From the NCBI GenBank assembly GCA_038057075.1, contig JBBUDV010000006.1, positions 2,216 through 66,215 on the forward strand: a DNA stretch of 64,000 nt. The letters are read 5' to 3'. Below, piece after piece: positions 26,911-37,509 of the stretch. This DNA is from Patescibacteria group bacterium. Lineage in GTDB: Bacteria > Patescibacteriota > Minisyncoccia > UBA6257 > UBA9933. The notes under the pieces were generated by a model. The model made no database searches and was not told where the DNA came from. It saw nothing but the letters and a program-made list of their open reading frames with translations. The position numbers and the translations under genes were made by a program. Within the stretch, counting starts at the first letter, position 1. Every line of letters starts with the position of its first letter.

Positions 26911-28212
26911 TTATTTTAAAAATTTAAATGATACGATAATTTGATCGAGAACATTCCCATAATCCTTTTTAGAACCCATGCCTATTAATATTTTATTCTG
27001 CCCAAATGGTAAAATAATTGCATCTGATATTAGATCACCAAATTCATATCTATATCTGATCCCTGGTACACCGGCAATAATCACAGTGGAAGTTGTTCTT
27101 CCAGCCCCAAGAAAAGATTTATCTGAAAATTCCAGAGAAACAACATCGATAACAAATGGATAACTATAATTGTTTTTATTTATAATAGGCCCAACTACAA
27201 GCTCAAACCTAACATCAGACCCTATCCCGCGAGATTTTTCTAAAACAATCCAATCTCTGGGATATTTGAACTCAAAACCATATTTATCATTTTTATAAGT
27301 TAGCCAGGTTAGAGCGGAGTATTGGATTGCTGCTTGATAATTCAAACAATACCAATTCGTATATGCCGCGTCAGCACCACAATTAAATGCTGATATTTGA
27401 GCATCATTGGTACAATTATAACCATAGGTATCGCCATGATAAGAATCTTTTAGAATTGAACTGGTATTAGTAGAAAGGCGAGATCCTAAAATATAACTTT
27501 GTTTATTGTCACTTAGACAATAAACATAACTTTCTCCCAATTTCGGATCACTAGGCATATTAAAATTATTTAAATTTAAATTATTAAATTTTGATTGCAA
27601 ATCACTCCATTTTTCAGCATCTGGATAAGCACTATTATTTACTTTATACATAACTTCTAAATTACTCTGAATTTTTTGCAAATCAGAAATTTTTCTTGAA
27701 TCATAAGCAACAACATATTTATTACTCCTAATAAAAAAAGAAACTCCAAAAATTAGCGCAATAAATGATATACCTAAAGTTATGAATATTAATACTTTGT
27801 ACGTCCAAATTCGATTTTTTAGAATAAAATATATAATCCATATCAAAATCAATGATATTAAAGAAAAAATGAGTGTATATAAGATTATTTGACCGCACCT
27901 TAAATCCTCAGGCACACATAAGCTCGATAAAGAAAATACTATCCCTATAGAATAAAAAAATGAAAATATAATCGCGGTGCTCAAAAGAGCAGTAATTTTC
28001 TTTTGCCGCAATATCATAAAGGAAAAACTGCTAAATAAAATCAGTCCAATTCCGCCCCAAAATAAAAGATTTGTATAGGGATCTGATGGAAAATTAAGGG
28101 CAAAATTTGCCACGCCGGGAATAAATAGAAGTAAAAATGGAAATATTGGTGCAAATGGCAATGCAATTATAAGAGAAAGAATAATCTTCTCGATAAGCTC
28201 TTTTTTAGTCAT
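26911..28212 (-). CDS. Polytopic membrane protein with large extracytoplasmic C-terminal domain
   Basis: 433 aa: about 6 N-terminal TM segments followed by a Cys/Tyr/Asn-rich domain. Confidence 0.4.
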   Translation of the reverse strand: MTKKELIEKIILSLIIALPFAPIFPFLLLFIPGVANFALNFPSDPYTNLLFWGGIGLILFSSFSFMILRQKKITALLSTAIIFSFFYSIGIVFSLSSLCVPEDLRCGQIILYTLIFSLISLILIWIIYFILKNRIWTYKVLIFITLGISFIALIFGVSFFIRSNKYVVAYDSRKISDLQKIQSNLEVMYKVNNSAYPDAEKWSDLQSKFNNLNLNNFNMPSDPKLGESYVYCLSDNKQSYILGSRLSTNTSSILKDSYHGDTYGYNCTNDAQISAFNCGADAAYTNWYCLNYQAAIQYSALTWLTYKNDKYGFEFKYPRDWIVLEKSRGIGSDVRFELVVGPIINKNNYSYPFVIDVVSLEFSDKSFLGAGRTTSTVIIAGVPGIRYRYEFGDLISDAIILPFGQNKILIGMGSKKDYGNVLDQIIVSFKFLK

Positions 28213-28335
28213 TAATTAAATTATAACACAAAAAGTTCAAGTCCAATTCCTCTGTCACTTTTGTAGCAAAATTCATCCAGCAATGATGTGATTTTAAAAG
28301 TTAAAAATCTTGGCTCCTCGGGTAGGTATCCTTCA

Positions 28336-28638
28336 CTAAAGTTTCGGAATACCATTTTCCCCTCTAGAAGAATCTTTCTTTAAAACTTCAGAATTTAATA
28401 ATCGTTTATAGGCAAAAGCTTTTCCTGAACCTGTTTTTAAATATCGCTCAAAATCCTTTGCTAATTTTTGATTCTCAAAAGCGCTATAAAATACTAAATT
28501 CCAAGGTCTATATGGCGAAGTAGATTTTACCAAACCTTTATTATGCTCCAAAAATCTTTTCCGCAAATCTTCAGTATATCCAAAATAAAAATTTTTGGAT
28601 TTTGAGCTCCATAAAATATATGTATAGTGCATAGCCAT
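28336..28638 (-). CDS. GIY-YIG nuclease-domain protein (UPF0213-like)
   Basis: YTYILWSSKSKNFYFGYTEDLRKRFLEHN. Confidence 0.7.
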   Translation of the reverse strand: MAMHYTYILWSSKSKNFYFGYTEDLRKRFLEHNKGLVKSTSPYRPWNLVFYSAFENQKLAKDFERYLKTGSGKAFAYKRLLNSEVLKKDSSRGENGIPKL

Positions 28639-28658
28639 TCTGAAGCTTTAGCGAAAGA

Positions 28659-28733
28659 TGGCTCCGCAGGTAGGATTCGAACCTACGACCAACCGCTTAA
28701 CAGGCGGCCGCTCTACCACTGAGCTACTGCGGA
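28659..28733 (-). tRNA. tRNA-Asn (GTT)
   Basis: Cloverleaf TCCGCAG/CTGCGGA, anticodon loop CTGTTAA, T-loop TTCGAAT, encoded CCA. Confidence 0.85.
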
Positions 28734-28816
28734 ATAGATTAAAATGTGTTCTATTAAATTTTACCAATTTAGTTTACCAGAAGTTTTTTAAATTTTCAAC
28801 TTAATTTATATAACTT

Positions 28817-28873
28817 TTACATTTGACAGCGAGTCCGTAAATAAAAAAAATGTCACGTTTCGTGACATTTTTT
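28817..28873. repeat. Repeat family A copy 3 (internally deleted)
   Basis: ttacatttgacagcgagtccgtaaat...aaaaaatgtcacgtttcgtgacatttttt. Confidence 0.7.
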
Positions 28874-28880
28874 AAGATAA

Positions 28881-29126
28881 TTATCGATTAACAAATCTGT
28901 TATAAAGTTTAGCGAAAATCACGCCAACAATAAACCCTCCGATTAAATGCTCAATAACGATAATTATCAAACCGCCGAAAGAATAACTGAAAAGTGGATG
29001 ATAAGAACCGAGAGCCATAACTGTTCTTTCACCCATGCCGGATAAAAGAGAAAACCCCATCATTAAGAACCAAACCCCTCCGGCAAGAACGCTCAAAGCC
29101 AAACCTAATGCTTTAGAATTTAACAT
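28881..29126 (-). CDS. Small 2-TM membrane protein
   Basis: 81 aa hydrophobic ORF. Confidence 0.35.
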   Translation of the reverse strand: MLNSKALGLALSVLAGGVWFLMMGFSLLSGMGERTVMALGSYHPLFSYSFGGLIIIVIEHLIGGFIVGVIFAKLYNRFVNR

Positions 29127-29177
29127 CGCGTTTTAAAACTATCCTTGCGACCTTTTTCTTTATTATAACTCATTTAA

Positions 29178-30527
29178 CTAACTCGCCAAGTCCGTATCTT
29201 TGCTTCTAACAAAGAAATTGTAAATGCCGTAACCCAAAGCCAACCCTAAAAGCAGGTCAAAAAACAAACTATTAACCAGCGAGCCGATAACGTCCAAAAG
29301 TGAAGCCGTGACACTCGCGCTTTCTTTGATAATCACGGCCAGATAAGAATCAACTGAACGCAAATTGCCGCTTGAATCATTATAATTCAGCGTTGAAGCA
29401 AACATCAGAGCGGAACCGCCTCTTGTCAGATTTTTAATTTTAATTTTAACGTTGATAGTCCCCTGTTCTTGCGGATTTATAGTCCCCAGATTAAAACTCA
29501 AATTATTGCCGATTGAAACGGATTTCAAATTGGAGCTTTGGTATTGAACTTCCCCCGGCAAAACGATTTTAAGCGACGCGTTTTTAACAGAACTTTTGCC
29601 GATATTTTTATAATTCAAAATATAAGTGATTTCCTGTCCTGCGGACGGATTTTGATTGTCAACTGACGGGTCCAAAAAAATAATTTCATTTGTTATTTTT
29701 GGAGCCGATTTTTTAACGGTTGAACCGATGTTAAAAATTGACGGCTGAGTCGGCAAAGTCGGTTGAACAGAAATTGATGCCGCAGGCGGAATTGACGGAA
29801 CTGTTCCTGACGGAATCAGTTGATTTGTAAAAGTTAAAATAGAACCGTATGACATGCCTTGAGAACTTTGAGCAATAATACGGTAATAATAAGTTACGTT
29901 TGGAGAAAGATTTTGCAAATAAGCGTAAACCTTCTGATTGTCTCCCCAGCTCCCGACTCCCTGATAGCCGACAAGATATTCAAGCTGATAACTCGTTCCG
30001 TATTCAAACCACGCGGTTGTGTAATTGTAATTCGGATTTACAGTGCCGCTTAACGTAACCGAATTATTGGTTATTAAAGAAACCGGGTTTGTAAAAACCA
30101 ACGGCGCCATACCCGAAGCCGAACTTTGCGTTTTAAACGACATCGCGCCTCCTTTAACTATCCTATTATCGCAATATGAATTTTGAGCCAATATCCGATA
30201 GTAATAAGTCGTGCTCGGCTGAAGATCTCTTAAATTAGCCGAAACAATTGAAATATTGCTGCGATGGGATTCGTAGCCGATTATTGAAGTGTTGGTAAAT
30301 TGGTCACTCGCGCTGTATTCAAACCAAGACCAATAATCCACAGGCGAATTGACGGAGCCGCTGAAAGTTACCGAATTTTTGGTGATATTCGTCGCGCCGC
30401 CGGTGTAAACCGTGGGAAATAAAGAAGGGTTGCAAACACTCTGGGCGTTTGCAAAATTAGGCGCTAAAAACGCCGACAATATTACGCCAAAATAAAAAAT
30501 CCAAATTGGTTGGATTATTTTTTTCAT
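29178..30527 (-). CDS. Cell-surface protein with two FN3-like domains, DUF11-like domain and C-terminal TM anchor
   Basis: Signal peptide; TTYYYRILAQ and VTYYYRIIAQ FN3 signatures. Confidence 0.55.
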   Translation of the reverse strand: MKKIIQPIWIFYFGVILSAFLAPNFANAQSVCNPSLFPTVYTGGATNITKNSVTFSGSVNSPVDYWSWFEYSASDQFTNTSIIGYESHRSNISIVSANLRDLQPSTTYYYRILAQNSYCDNRIVKGGAMSFKTQSSASGMAPLVFTNPVSLITNNSVTLSGTVNPNYNYTTAWFEYGTSYQLEYLVGYQGVGSWGDNQKVYAYLQNLSPNVTYYYRIIAQSSQGMSYGSILTFTNQLIPSGTVPSIPPAASISVQPTLPTQPSIFNIGSTVKKSAPKITNEIIFLDPSVDNQNPSAGQEITYILNYKNIGKSSVKNASLKIVLPGEVQYQSSNLKSVSIGNNLSFNLGTINPQEQGTINVKIKIKNLTRGGSALMFASTLNYNDSSGNLRSVDSYLAVIIKESASVTASLLDVIGSLVNSLFFDLLLGLALGYGIYNFFVRSKDTDLAS

Positions 30528-30609
30528 GACAAAATGATACGTTATTTACGTTATTTTGTCAAGATAATGTACTGGATGAATATATTAGTAACGCTATATA
30601 TGCACTAAA

Positions 30610-30876
30610 CCCCCGGCTTTTGTACAAAAACACGCGTCGTTTTTCCCAGCGTGAAAAGCGCGCTCGACCTCGTTCTCGCTCGTCCGAGACAATAGATTCT
30701 GAAGAATGTCTCGGAGGCGCAAAAAGATTGGTTCCGCTATTTGGCGGATTTTTGCGCCGAGAGGCAAACTCCCGGCTCTCCGCTGGAGAGAGCCGAGGGG
30801 TGATTCTAAAGAACCTATTGTCTCGGACACCTTGCCCGCTCGAACTCCGTACGGTTTCCTTTACAAAAGCCGGAGG
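30610..30876 (+). ncRNA. Candidate structured ncRNA of unknown class (strand tentative)
   Basis: Locally GC-rich. Two nested perfect long-range helices: 30613-30624 with 30862-30873 (12 bp) and 30682-30695 with 30815-30828 (14 bp), plus several internal hairpins. The overlapping ORFs on both strands look non-coding. Confidence 0.4.
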
Positions 30877-30890
30877 TTAGCAGATAAAAT

Positions 30891-31529
30891 TTATTCTTTT
30901 ATCAGAGGCACGAAGCTGAACCCAAAATAATCTTTTCTAACGTATTTATTTTTGGCAATTTTATCAATAACCACAATGCTGTTTTCAATTGGAGCGACTA
31001 TTCTGCCGTTGATTTTAAGCTGTCTTTTCCAGGCAACGGGTATCTCGTTGGATGCCGCGGCAACAATAATCCTGTCAAAAGGCGCTTCCTTTTTATAACC
31101 TTTGGAGCCGTCGCCTAAAATAATCTCAACGTTTCCTTTTTTTACAAAATCGCATTTTGAAATATTCTTCTCCGCCATATCTTTCAATTCTGCTATTCTC
31201 TCAATCGCAAAAACTTTCCCTGAAGATTCTTTACCGACTATATGCGCGAGCAAGGCGGTTTGCCAGCCGCTTCCCGCGCCGATTTCCAAAATTTTTTCGC
31301 CGCTTCTGGGACGAAGAAGTTCAAGCATAAAAGCAACCGTAAGCGGCTGTGAAATCGTCTGCTCAAAGCCAATCGAAAGCGGCTCATTAATATAAGCCCT
31401 TGTTTTATTTTCTTGCAAAACGAAATCTGCCCTGTCAACGGCCTTAAAGGCCTCAATTATCTCCGAAGTTTTAAGATAACCGTCGTTGATTAACAAATTT
31501 ATAAGATTTTCGTAGTCAGGATTATTCAT
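30891..31529 (-). CDS. pcm: Protein-L-isoaspartate O-methyltransferase
   Basis: SAM motif ILEIGAGSGWQTALLA. Confidence 0.85.
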   Translation of the reverse strand: MNNPDYENLINLLINDGYLKTSEIIEAFKAVDRADFVLQENKTRAYINEPLSIGFEQTISQPLTVAFMLELLRPRSGEKILEIGAGSGWQTALLAHIVGKESSGKVFAIERIAELKDMAEKNISKCDFVKKGNVEIILGDGSKGYKKEAPFDRIIVAAASNEIPVAWKRQLKINGRIVAPIENSIVVIDKIAKNKYVRKDYFGFSFVPLIKE

Positions 31530-31993
31530 TAATTAATTTTACCGAACTTTTTTTCTCCCCAATTTAATCGGGACAAAAAGAAAAATACGGCGCTGCCGAC
31601 AAATGAATTATATAAAACTTCTTGAATAAAAACTCGGGAAATAATCGTGTAAGGAAACAATAAAAGATAAAAGATAAAAGTATAAACAAATATCAAAACC
31701 AAGCAGTTTATAAGCGGCTGCCACGGCAAATATCTGGCAATAATAATCGTTAAAACGCCTATCCCGAAAAAAAGCAAAATGTCTTTATCGGGATGCGGGG
31801 AAAACTTTAAAAATAATGACGCGACTGATAAAAGGAAAACGCTTTCCCAAATCTCCTGAATAAAAAACAAAGCCGCCGCAAAAACCGCCAAAACAAAATT
31901 CGGCTTAACTCCAAAAAACGAAATATTAAGCGATTGAATGAGCGAGAAAAAAATAATGACGGAAATAAGAATTAAAAAATGCCTGATTTTCAT
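31529..31993 (-). CDS. Hypothetical 4-5 TM membrane protein
   Basis: 154 aa. Confidence 0.35.
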   Translation of the reverse strand: MKIRHFLILISVIIFFSLIQSLNISFFGVKPNFVLAVFAAALFFIQEIWESVFLLSVASLFLKFSPHPDKDILLFFGIGVLTIIIARYLPWQPLINCLVLIFVYTFIFYLLLFPYTIISRVFIQEVLYNSFVGSAVFFFLSRLNWGEKKFGKIN

Positions 31994-32023
31994 ATGTTTT
32001 TAAGATTACTTGCCGCTATTTAT

Positions 32024-32113
32024 TACATTTGGCAGCGAGTCCACAAAGAAAACTTTGTTTTATTTGTGGCGAGAGAACCAAATGAAAAAATGTTACGTTT
32101 CGTGACATTTTTT
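32024..32113. repeat. Repeat family A copy 4
   Basis: ttacatttggcagcgagtccacaaagaaaactttgttttatttgtggcgagagaaccaaatgaaaaaatgttacgtttcgtgacatttttt, between the dnaJ stop and the next gene's start. Confidence 0.8.
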
Positions 32114-33254
32114 ATTCTTCTTCTTTTTCCAAATCCTCTAAAAGTTTTTTAGCCGCGCCGCTGATTTTTTTAGGAGTTTTAACTTTAAGTTTAAGCAATA
32201 AATCGCCTCGGCCACTCCGGTTGAAATGAGGCATTCCTTCGCCGGAAATTCTGATAAACCGGTTAATCTCAAAATCCGCCGGTATTTTCACTTTTATTTT
32301 TCCGCCCGAAATAACGGGAATCTCAAATTCTCTGACGCCGGCAAAATAAAGTAAAAGCGCGATTAAACTGATTTCCTTTTCAATTATCAAATCGTCACTT
32401 TGTCTGGAAAAAATTTTATGAAACTTAATCCTGATAATAATAAATAAATCCCCTTCTTCCATTCCTCTTTCTCCGGCTTCTCCGCCGCCTTTGATTTTTA
32501 TTATCTGATTGTCGGACACGCCGGGCAGAATTTTGATTGTCGTTTCCTTTTCTCCTTTCACGGCTCCCCTGCCTTTGCAAGAATCGCAAATTTTATTGGG
32601 CGTCTGACCCGAGCCAAAACAGCCGGAACACATTTTAACCTGCGTAAAACTGCCGAAAAAAGTGTTCCGATTTTCTTTTATTTCGCCTCTGCCCCCGCAA
32701 ACCGAACACGTGGAAAATCCGGATTTCGGTTCATGGCCCAAGCCGCTGCATTTAACGCATCTGACATCAACTTTATATTTGATTTTTTCCTCCGTGCCGG
32801 AAAACGCCTCTTCCAAACTTATTTCTTGAATCAATTGGATATCGGAACCGTGCTTATAAGTCCGCCTTTGCTCCTTTACGCCCAAACCTTCAAAAAACGC
32901 GTCAAAAATATCACCGATATCCGCGGCTCCTCCTCCGCCAAAATCAAAATTAAAACCAGAAGACCCGCCTTGAGCGCCGCCGAAGGGCCCGCCTTGACCG
33001 AAATCCCAGCCGCCGAATGGACTGCCTTGAGCGCCGCCGGAAGACTGTTCCTCAAAGACCCTGCCGAATTGGTCGTACTGATTCCGTTTTTGAGGATTGG
33101 ATAAAATCTGATACGCTTCGCTTAATTCTTTAAATTTTTTCTCGTCGCCGCCCGGTTTGTCAGGATGATATTTATGCGCCAGCTTACGATACGCTTTTTT
33201 TATGTCGTCTTGCGTGGCGTTTTTTTCAATACCTAAAATTTTGTAATAATTCAT
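32112..33254 (-). CDS. dnaJ: Chaperone DnaJ
   Basis: J domain with HPD; G/F-rich region; four CxxCxGxG zinc-finger repeats. Confidence 0.9.
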   Translation of the reverse strand: MNYYKILGIEKNATQDDIKKAYRKLAHKYHPDKPGGDEKKFKELSEAYQILSNPQKRNQYDQFGRVFEEQSSGGAQGSPFGGWDFGQGGPFGGAQGGSSGFNFDFGGGGAADIGDIFDAFFEGLGVKEQRRTYKHGSDIQLIQEISLEEAFSGTEEKIKYKVDVRCVKCSGLGHEPKSGFSTCSVCGGRGEIKENRNTFFGSFTQVKMCSGCFGSGQTPNKICDSCKGRGAVKGEKETTIKILPGVSDNQIIKIKGGGEAGERGMEEGDLFIIIRIKFHKIFSRQSDDLIIEKEISLIALLLYFAGVREFEIPVISGGKIKVKIPADFEINRFIRISGEGMPHFNRSGRGDLLLKLKVKTPKKISGAAKKLLEDLEKEEE

Positions 33255-33358
33255 GTTTCAAATTAAAAAGTAAAATATAAAAATTAAAAAGTATTTTGGG
33301 ATTTTCTTATTTTTAACTTTTAATTTTCGTTTTTCATTTTTAGTTTTCTGTTTTTCAT

Positions 33359-34351
33359 TTATACAATTATAGTTTCCTTACTCCGTTGTTCCAAAGAAAT
33401 TCTGGCAAAGCCGATTGCCAACAAAATCTCATAAATCACAAAAGTTAAAATAGATATCACCGATCTTAACGGCCAACTTATCGCTTCAATGGTCAAAAAA
33501 ATCAAAAGCCCAATTATTGCGAAAACAATTTGTTTGCCTCTCTCAGATAAGTTTAAAAATTTTTCTCTGGCAATCTGATAAAGTGAATCTGGAATATTCA
33601 TTTTTGGATTTATTTTAATTCCCAAAAAAGAAGACACTCTGTCGTAAAATTCGGAAGCGCTTTTACCGATTATTTGCTGTTTGGCGGTTTTAGACAAATT
33701 TTCCGCGCCGGGAAGCCGGTTTAAACTTTGTTCTGAAGTTTTTAACGCTATTTCTTCAAGAGTAGAAGATATAGTAAACCCGGGCAAAAATTTATTAATT
33801 ATAAAATCGCCGGACGACATAACTTCACGAAACAAAAAAGGCGAAACCGGAAATCTGTCTTGGTCGGCTACGGCCGAATAAAACGGCATCAGACCGCCGA
33901 ATAAAAGCGCGAAGGCCGCAACTGCTTTGGGCAAAACCGCCCGGCTGGTTTCCCAAAAATTTATTTTCATATTATTTTCAAGAACCTTTCTGCCGCTGTA
34001 GTTGCCCCAATATAAAACCGCAAAAATAATAACGGAAAAGGACAAAATAACCAGCGACTCGGTGATAAAAGTAATAACCATCGCCAAACTTTCAAGAACC
34101 AAAATGAAAGCCGAAGCGCTGTTTTGCCTTGTAAAAAACGTCTGGAGAAGAAAAATTATTGAAAATACCAAACCCAAAACGCTTGCCCAAAAAAGAGCGT
34201 TCCAATCGGTTGTTCTAAAAAAGTCCTTTAAAAACCAGCCGAACGCGAAAGCCGCCGCGATGCCCAAAATCCAAAGAACAATTATTTTAATTGATATAGA
34301 CCCAGGATGTTCAAGAGAAGTTTTTTTGTCAAGAAGCTGGATTTCCGTCAT
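33359..34351 (-). CDS. Hypothetical polytopic membrane protein
   Basis: 330 aa; overlaps the dnaK stop by 23 nt. Confidence 0.35.
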   Translation of the reverse strand: MTEIQLLDKKTSLEHPGSISIKIIVLWILGIAAAFAFGWFLKDFFRTTDWNALFWASVLGLVFSIIFLLQTFFTRQNSASAFILVLESLAMVITFITESLVILSFSVIIFAVLYWGNYSGRKVLENNMKINFWETSRAVLPKAVAAFALLFGGLMPFYSAVADQDRFPVSPFLFREVMSSGDFIINKFLPGFTISSTLEEIALKTSEQSLNRLPGAENLSKTAKQQIIGKSASEFYDRVSSFLGIKINPKMNIPDSLYQIAREKFLNLSERGKQIVFAIIGLLIFLTIEAISWPLRSVISILTFVIYEILLAIGFARISLEQRSKETIIV

Positions 34352-36167
34352 TATTTTTATTATACATTGATTGGCCGATTTTTTGAAGCTCGTTTGAAAG
34401 TTCCTGAAGTTTTGATTTTATCGCTTCAATATCTTCGCCGTCCTTCGGCAAGCTCAGGACGGATTTTAACGCTTCTATTTTCGCGTTGACGGATTCTTTT
34501 ATTTCTTGGGAAATTTTGTCTCCTGCGTCTTTTACCGCCTTTTCAGACATATAAATCGTTTGTTCCGCCTGATTTTTTGTTTCAACCAATTCTTTTTTTC
34601 TCTTATCTTCTTCAGAATGCGCCGTCGCCTCGTTTTTTAATTTTTCAATTTCCTCTTTTGAAAGTTGCGTTGACGCCTCAATTCTTATTGACTGACTTTT
34701 ACCGCTCGCTTTATCTTTCGCCGAAACATTCAAAATGCCGTTGGCATCAATGTCAAAAGAAACTTCTACTTGTGGAACCCCTCTCGGCGACGGCGGAATG
34801 CCGTCCAAAATAAATCTTGCCAAAGTCCTGTTATCTTTCGCTATAGGCCTTTCGCCTTGAAGAATATGAATTTCAACCGATGTCTGATTATCCGCGGCCG
34901 TTGAAAACACCTGTGACTTCGTCGCCGGAATAGTCATATTTTTTTCAATAATCGTGGTAAAAATTCCGCCTAATGTCTCAATGCCAAATGAAAGCGGAAT
35001 TACGTCCAAAAGCAAAACGTCTTTAACGTCTCCTTGAAAAATTCCGGCTTGGACGGCCGCGCCGACCGCGACAACCTCGTCGGGATTAATTCCTTTATGC
35101 GGCTCTTTGCCAAAAAGATTTTTTACCGCCTCGTTTATCAAAGGCATTCTTGTCTGACCGCCGACCAAAATCACTTCATCAATGTCAGAAATTTTAAATC
35201 CCGATTCGGAAACCACTTTTTTGACTATCTCTATTGAGCGGTCAACATATTCCCTAATCAAATCCTCCAATTTTGCTCTCGTCATTTTCATTAGAAAATG
35301 TTTCGGTCCCGAAGCGTCTGATGTGACGTAAGGCAAATTTATTTCCGTTTCAACCGCTGTTGAAAGCTCATGTTTGGCGCGCTCGCCCGCTTCTTTAAGC
35401 CGTTGTAAAGCCAACGGGTCCTTGGATAAATCAATACCTTCACGCTTTTTATATTCACTCACTAAAAATTCCATTATTTTTTTGTCAAAATCGTCGCCGC
35501 CCAAATGAGTGTCGCCTCCGGTTGATTTAACCTCAACTACGTCATCGCCAATTTCCAAAACCGAAACGTCAAAAGTACCGCCGCCAAAATCATAAACGGC
35601 TATTTTTTCGTTTTTTTGTTTGTTCAATCCGTAAGCCAAAGCCGCCGCGGTCGGTTCGTTGATTATTCTTTTTACTTTAAGCCCCGCGATTTCTCCGGCG
35701 TTTTTGGTGGCTTGCCTTTGCGAATCGTCAAAATAAGCGGGCACGGTGATTACCGCTTCTTCTATTTTTTCTCCGGTTTTTGCCTCCGCGTCCGCTTTAA
35801 GCTTCGCCAATATCATCGCGGAAATTTCCTCGGGCGTGTGCCACTTATCGCCCATTTTAACTTCAACGCCGCCGGTCGCCGATTTCTGAATATCGTAAGA
35901 AAGCCAGGCCTTGTCGCGCTGAACTTCGGGGTCGTCAAATTTTCTGCCGATTAATCTTTTGACTGAAAAAATCGTGTTTTTGGGATTGACGACGGATTGC
36001 CGCTTCGCCAAAACGCCAACCAATCTTTCATTGGCTTTAGAAATCGCCACGATTGACGGCGTAGTTCTCATTCCCTCGTGGTTTTCCAAAATTTTCGGCT
36101 CGCCTCCTTCAATAACCGCCATCGCCGAATTTGTTGTTCCCAAATCAATGCCTAATATTTTTGCCAT
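34329..36167 (-). CDS. dnaK: Chaperone DnaK (Hsp70)
   Basis: [16 protein letters not shown] and the remaining Hsp70 signatures. Confidence 0.95.
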   Translation of the reverse strand: MAKILGIDLGTTNSAMAVIEGGEPKILENHEGMRTTPSIVAISKANERLVGVLAKRQSVVNPKNTIFSVKRLIGRKFDDPEVQRDKAWLSYDIQKSATGGVEVKMGDKWHTPEEISAMILAKLKADAEAKTGEKIEEAVITVPAYFDDSQRQATKNAGEIAGLKVKRIINEPTAAALAYGLNKQKNEKIAVYDFGGGTFDVSVLEIGDDVVEVKSTGGDTHLGGDDFDKKIMEFLVSEYKKREGIDLSKDPLALQRLKEAGERAKHELSTAVETEINLPYVTSDASGPKHFLMKMTRAKLEDLIREYVDRSIEIVKKVVSESGFKISDIDEVILVGGQTRMPLINEAVKNLFGKEPHKGINPDEVVAVGAAVQAGIFQGDVKDVLLLDVIPLSFGIETLGGIFTTIIEKNMTIPATKSQVFSTAADNQTSVEIHILQGERPIAKDNRTLARFILDGIPPSPRGVPQVEVSFDIDANGILNVSAKDKASGKSQSIRIEASTQLSKEEIEKLKNEATAHSEEDKRKKELVETKNQAEQTIYMSEKAVKDAGDKISQEIKESVNAKIEALKSVLSLPKDGEDIEAIKSKLQELSNELQKIGQSMYNKNNDGNPAS

Positions 36168-36171
36168 AATT

Positions 36172-36675
36172 TTACTTCGCCACTTTAACCCTCGCGGGCC
36201 TTATTAATTTTCCTCCAAGCGTATATCCTCTTTCCACCTCTTCAATAATAGTATTGGACAATTTGTCGGATTCAATAGTCGCCACCGCTTCGTGAAACGC
36301 GGGGTCAAATACTTGCCCGACGGACACGATTAATTTTTCCAAACCGTAATTTTTGAGCGCGTCTTCAATCTGCGACTTTATCAAATACATCCCTTTTTCC
36401 GCCTTACCCTCTTTTTCCAATGCCACTATCGCAAGGTCAAAACTATCCAAAATCACAATCAAATCCCTGATAATCATTTCATTGGCGAAATTTCTGAATA
36501 TCTCAAACCTTTTCGCCTCGTCTTTTTTATAATTTATAAGCTCCGCCCGCGCTCTTTGCCAGCCGTCCAGATATTCGTCGCGTTCTTTTTTTATTTTGTC
36601 AAAATCCGTTGATTCCTCGGTTTTCCCGGGCTCAACCGGTTCATTTTGACTTGTATTTTTAATTTCATCGCTCAT
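36172..36675 (-). CDS. grpE: Nucleotide exchange factor GrpE
   Basis: 167 aa GrpE-like sequence immediately upstream of dnaK. Confidence 0.8.
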   Translation of the reverse strand: MSDEIKNTSQNEPVEPGKTEESTDFDKIKKERDEYLDGWQRARAELINYKKDEAKRFEIFRNFANEMIIRDLIVILDSFDLAIVALEKEGKAEKGMYLIKSQIEDALKNYGLEKLIVSVGQVFDPAFHEAVATIESDKLSNTIIEEVERGYTLGGKLIRPARVKVAK

Positions 36676-36734
36676 AACATATCAATTATATTGATAAAAA
36701 ATAGACAGTCAACCCCGTGCCTTTCAAAGAAAAT

Positions 36735-37424
36735 TTAACGAACCAAATAAACGTTTTCCAGTTCGTTTATATTATAAGACATTTTAATAACGGCTTCTTT
36801 AAAAACTCCTCCTGATTCTTCCCTAATCTGGCTTATATTCCCGATTTTCAGATGCAAAGGAAAATCTTTTGAGGACAAAAAAACGGCGTCTCCTTCCTTT
36901 ACCGGTTTTTCAATTAAGGCGATTTTAGGGTCGTTTCCGCCGTTGAAAAGGCCATTAATCTTGTTTTCGCCTATTTTTACCGGAATCTGCCAATCGGGGT
37001 CAAAAACGGTTCTAACTGAAGCGAAATTTTGCGAAACGTCAATTACCTTTCCAATAAACACTTCGCCGTTTAAAACAACCGGCATTTCTTTTTTAACGCC
37101 GTCTTTCAGACCCTTATCAATCGTTAAAATACTTTTAACGTTAAATGGGTATGTTGAAAAAACTTTTGTGGCTAAATATCTTCCTGTTAAATCATTTTGT
37201 AAATCCGTATTCCCCAATTTAAAAATATGTAACTTCTGCAATTGAGCTTTTAAATTCTCGTTTTCAATTTTTAAGGAGAGATTTTCTTTATATAAATCCG
37301 TTTTGAAATAATCAAACAGAAAATAAACCGTTGCGCTCAAATAATTTTTCTTGACGAAAAAACCGCTGAAAAAAGTCAGGAACAGAAATGCGGCGGCCAC
37401 TCCGATTAAAATCCATTTTTTCAT
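36735..37424 (-). CDS. mreC: Rod shape-determining protein MreC
   Basis: N-terminal TM plus coiled coil and beta domain, downstream of mreB. Confidence 0.65.
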   Translation of the reverse strand: MKKWILIGVAAAFLFLTFFSGFFVKKNYLSATVYFLFDYFKTDLYKENLSLKIENENLKAQLQKLHIFKLGNTDLQNDLTGRYLATKVFSTYPFNVKSILTIDKGLKDGVKKEMPVVLNGEVFIGKVIDVSQNFASVRTVFDPDWQIPVKIGENKINGLFNGGNDPKIALIEKPVKEGDAVFLSSKDFPLHLKIGNISQIREESGGVFKEAVIKMSYNINELENVYLVR

Positions 37425-37509
37425 GCTTCGCTGAATCTACTAATAACCAATCTTTTACTAATTTACGAATCTATTTGTATATTTATACAGATTTGTTATT
37501 TGTAGATTT

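Noticed and set aside
30594-30880. Overlapping ORFs of 78 aa (minus) and 86 aa (plus) in the 30.6-kb GC-rich region
   Set aside because: The two opposite-strand ORFs overlap almost fully and neither has an SD. The region shows nested long-range base-pairing typical of structured RNA. Called as an ncRNA candidate instead.
30856-30882. SRP RNA domain-IV-like string GCCGGAGGUUAGCAG in the 30.6-kb RNA candidate
   Set aside because: It resembles CCGGAAGGAAGCAG of 4.5S RNA but lies in the terminal closing helix, not at a GNRA-capped hairpin apex. The rest of the SRP consensus is absent, so SRP RNA is not claimed.
36676-36734. Search for a CIRCE (ttagcactc-N9-gagtgctaa) HrcA operator upstream of grpE/dnaK and of dnaJ
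   Set aside because: No CIRCE-like inverted repeat was found in the grpE upstream region or near dnaJ. Heat-shock control here presumably uses another mechanism.
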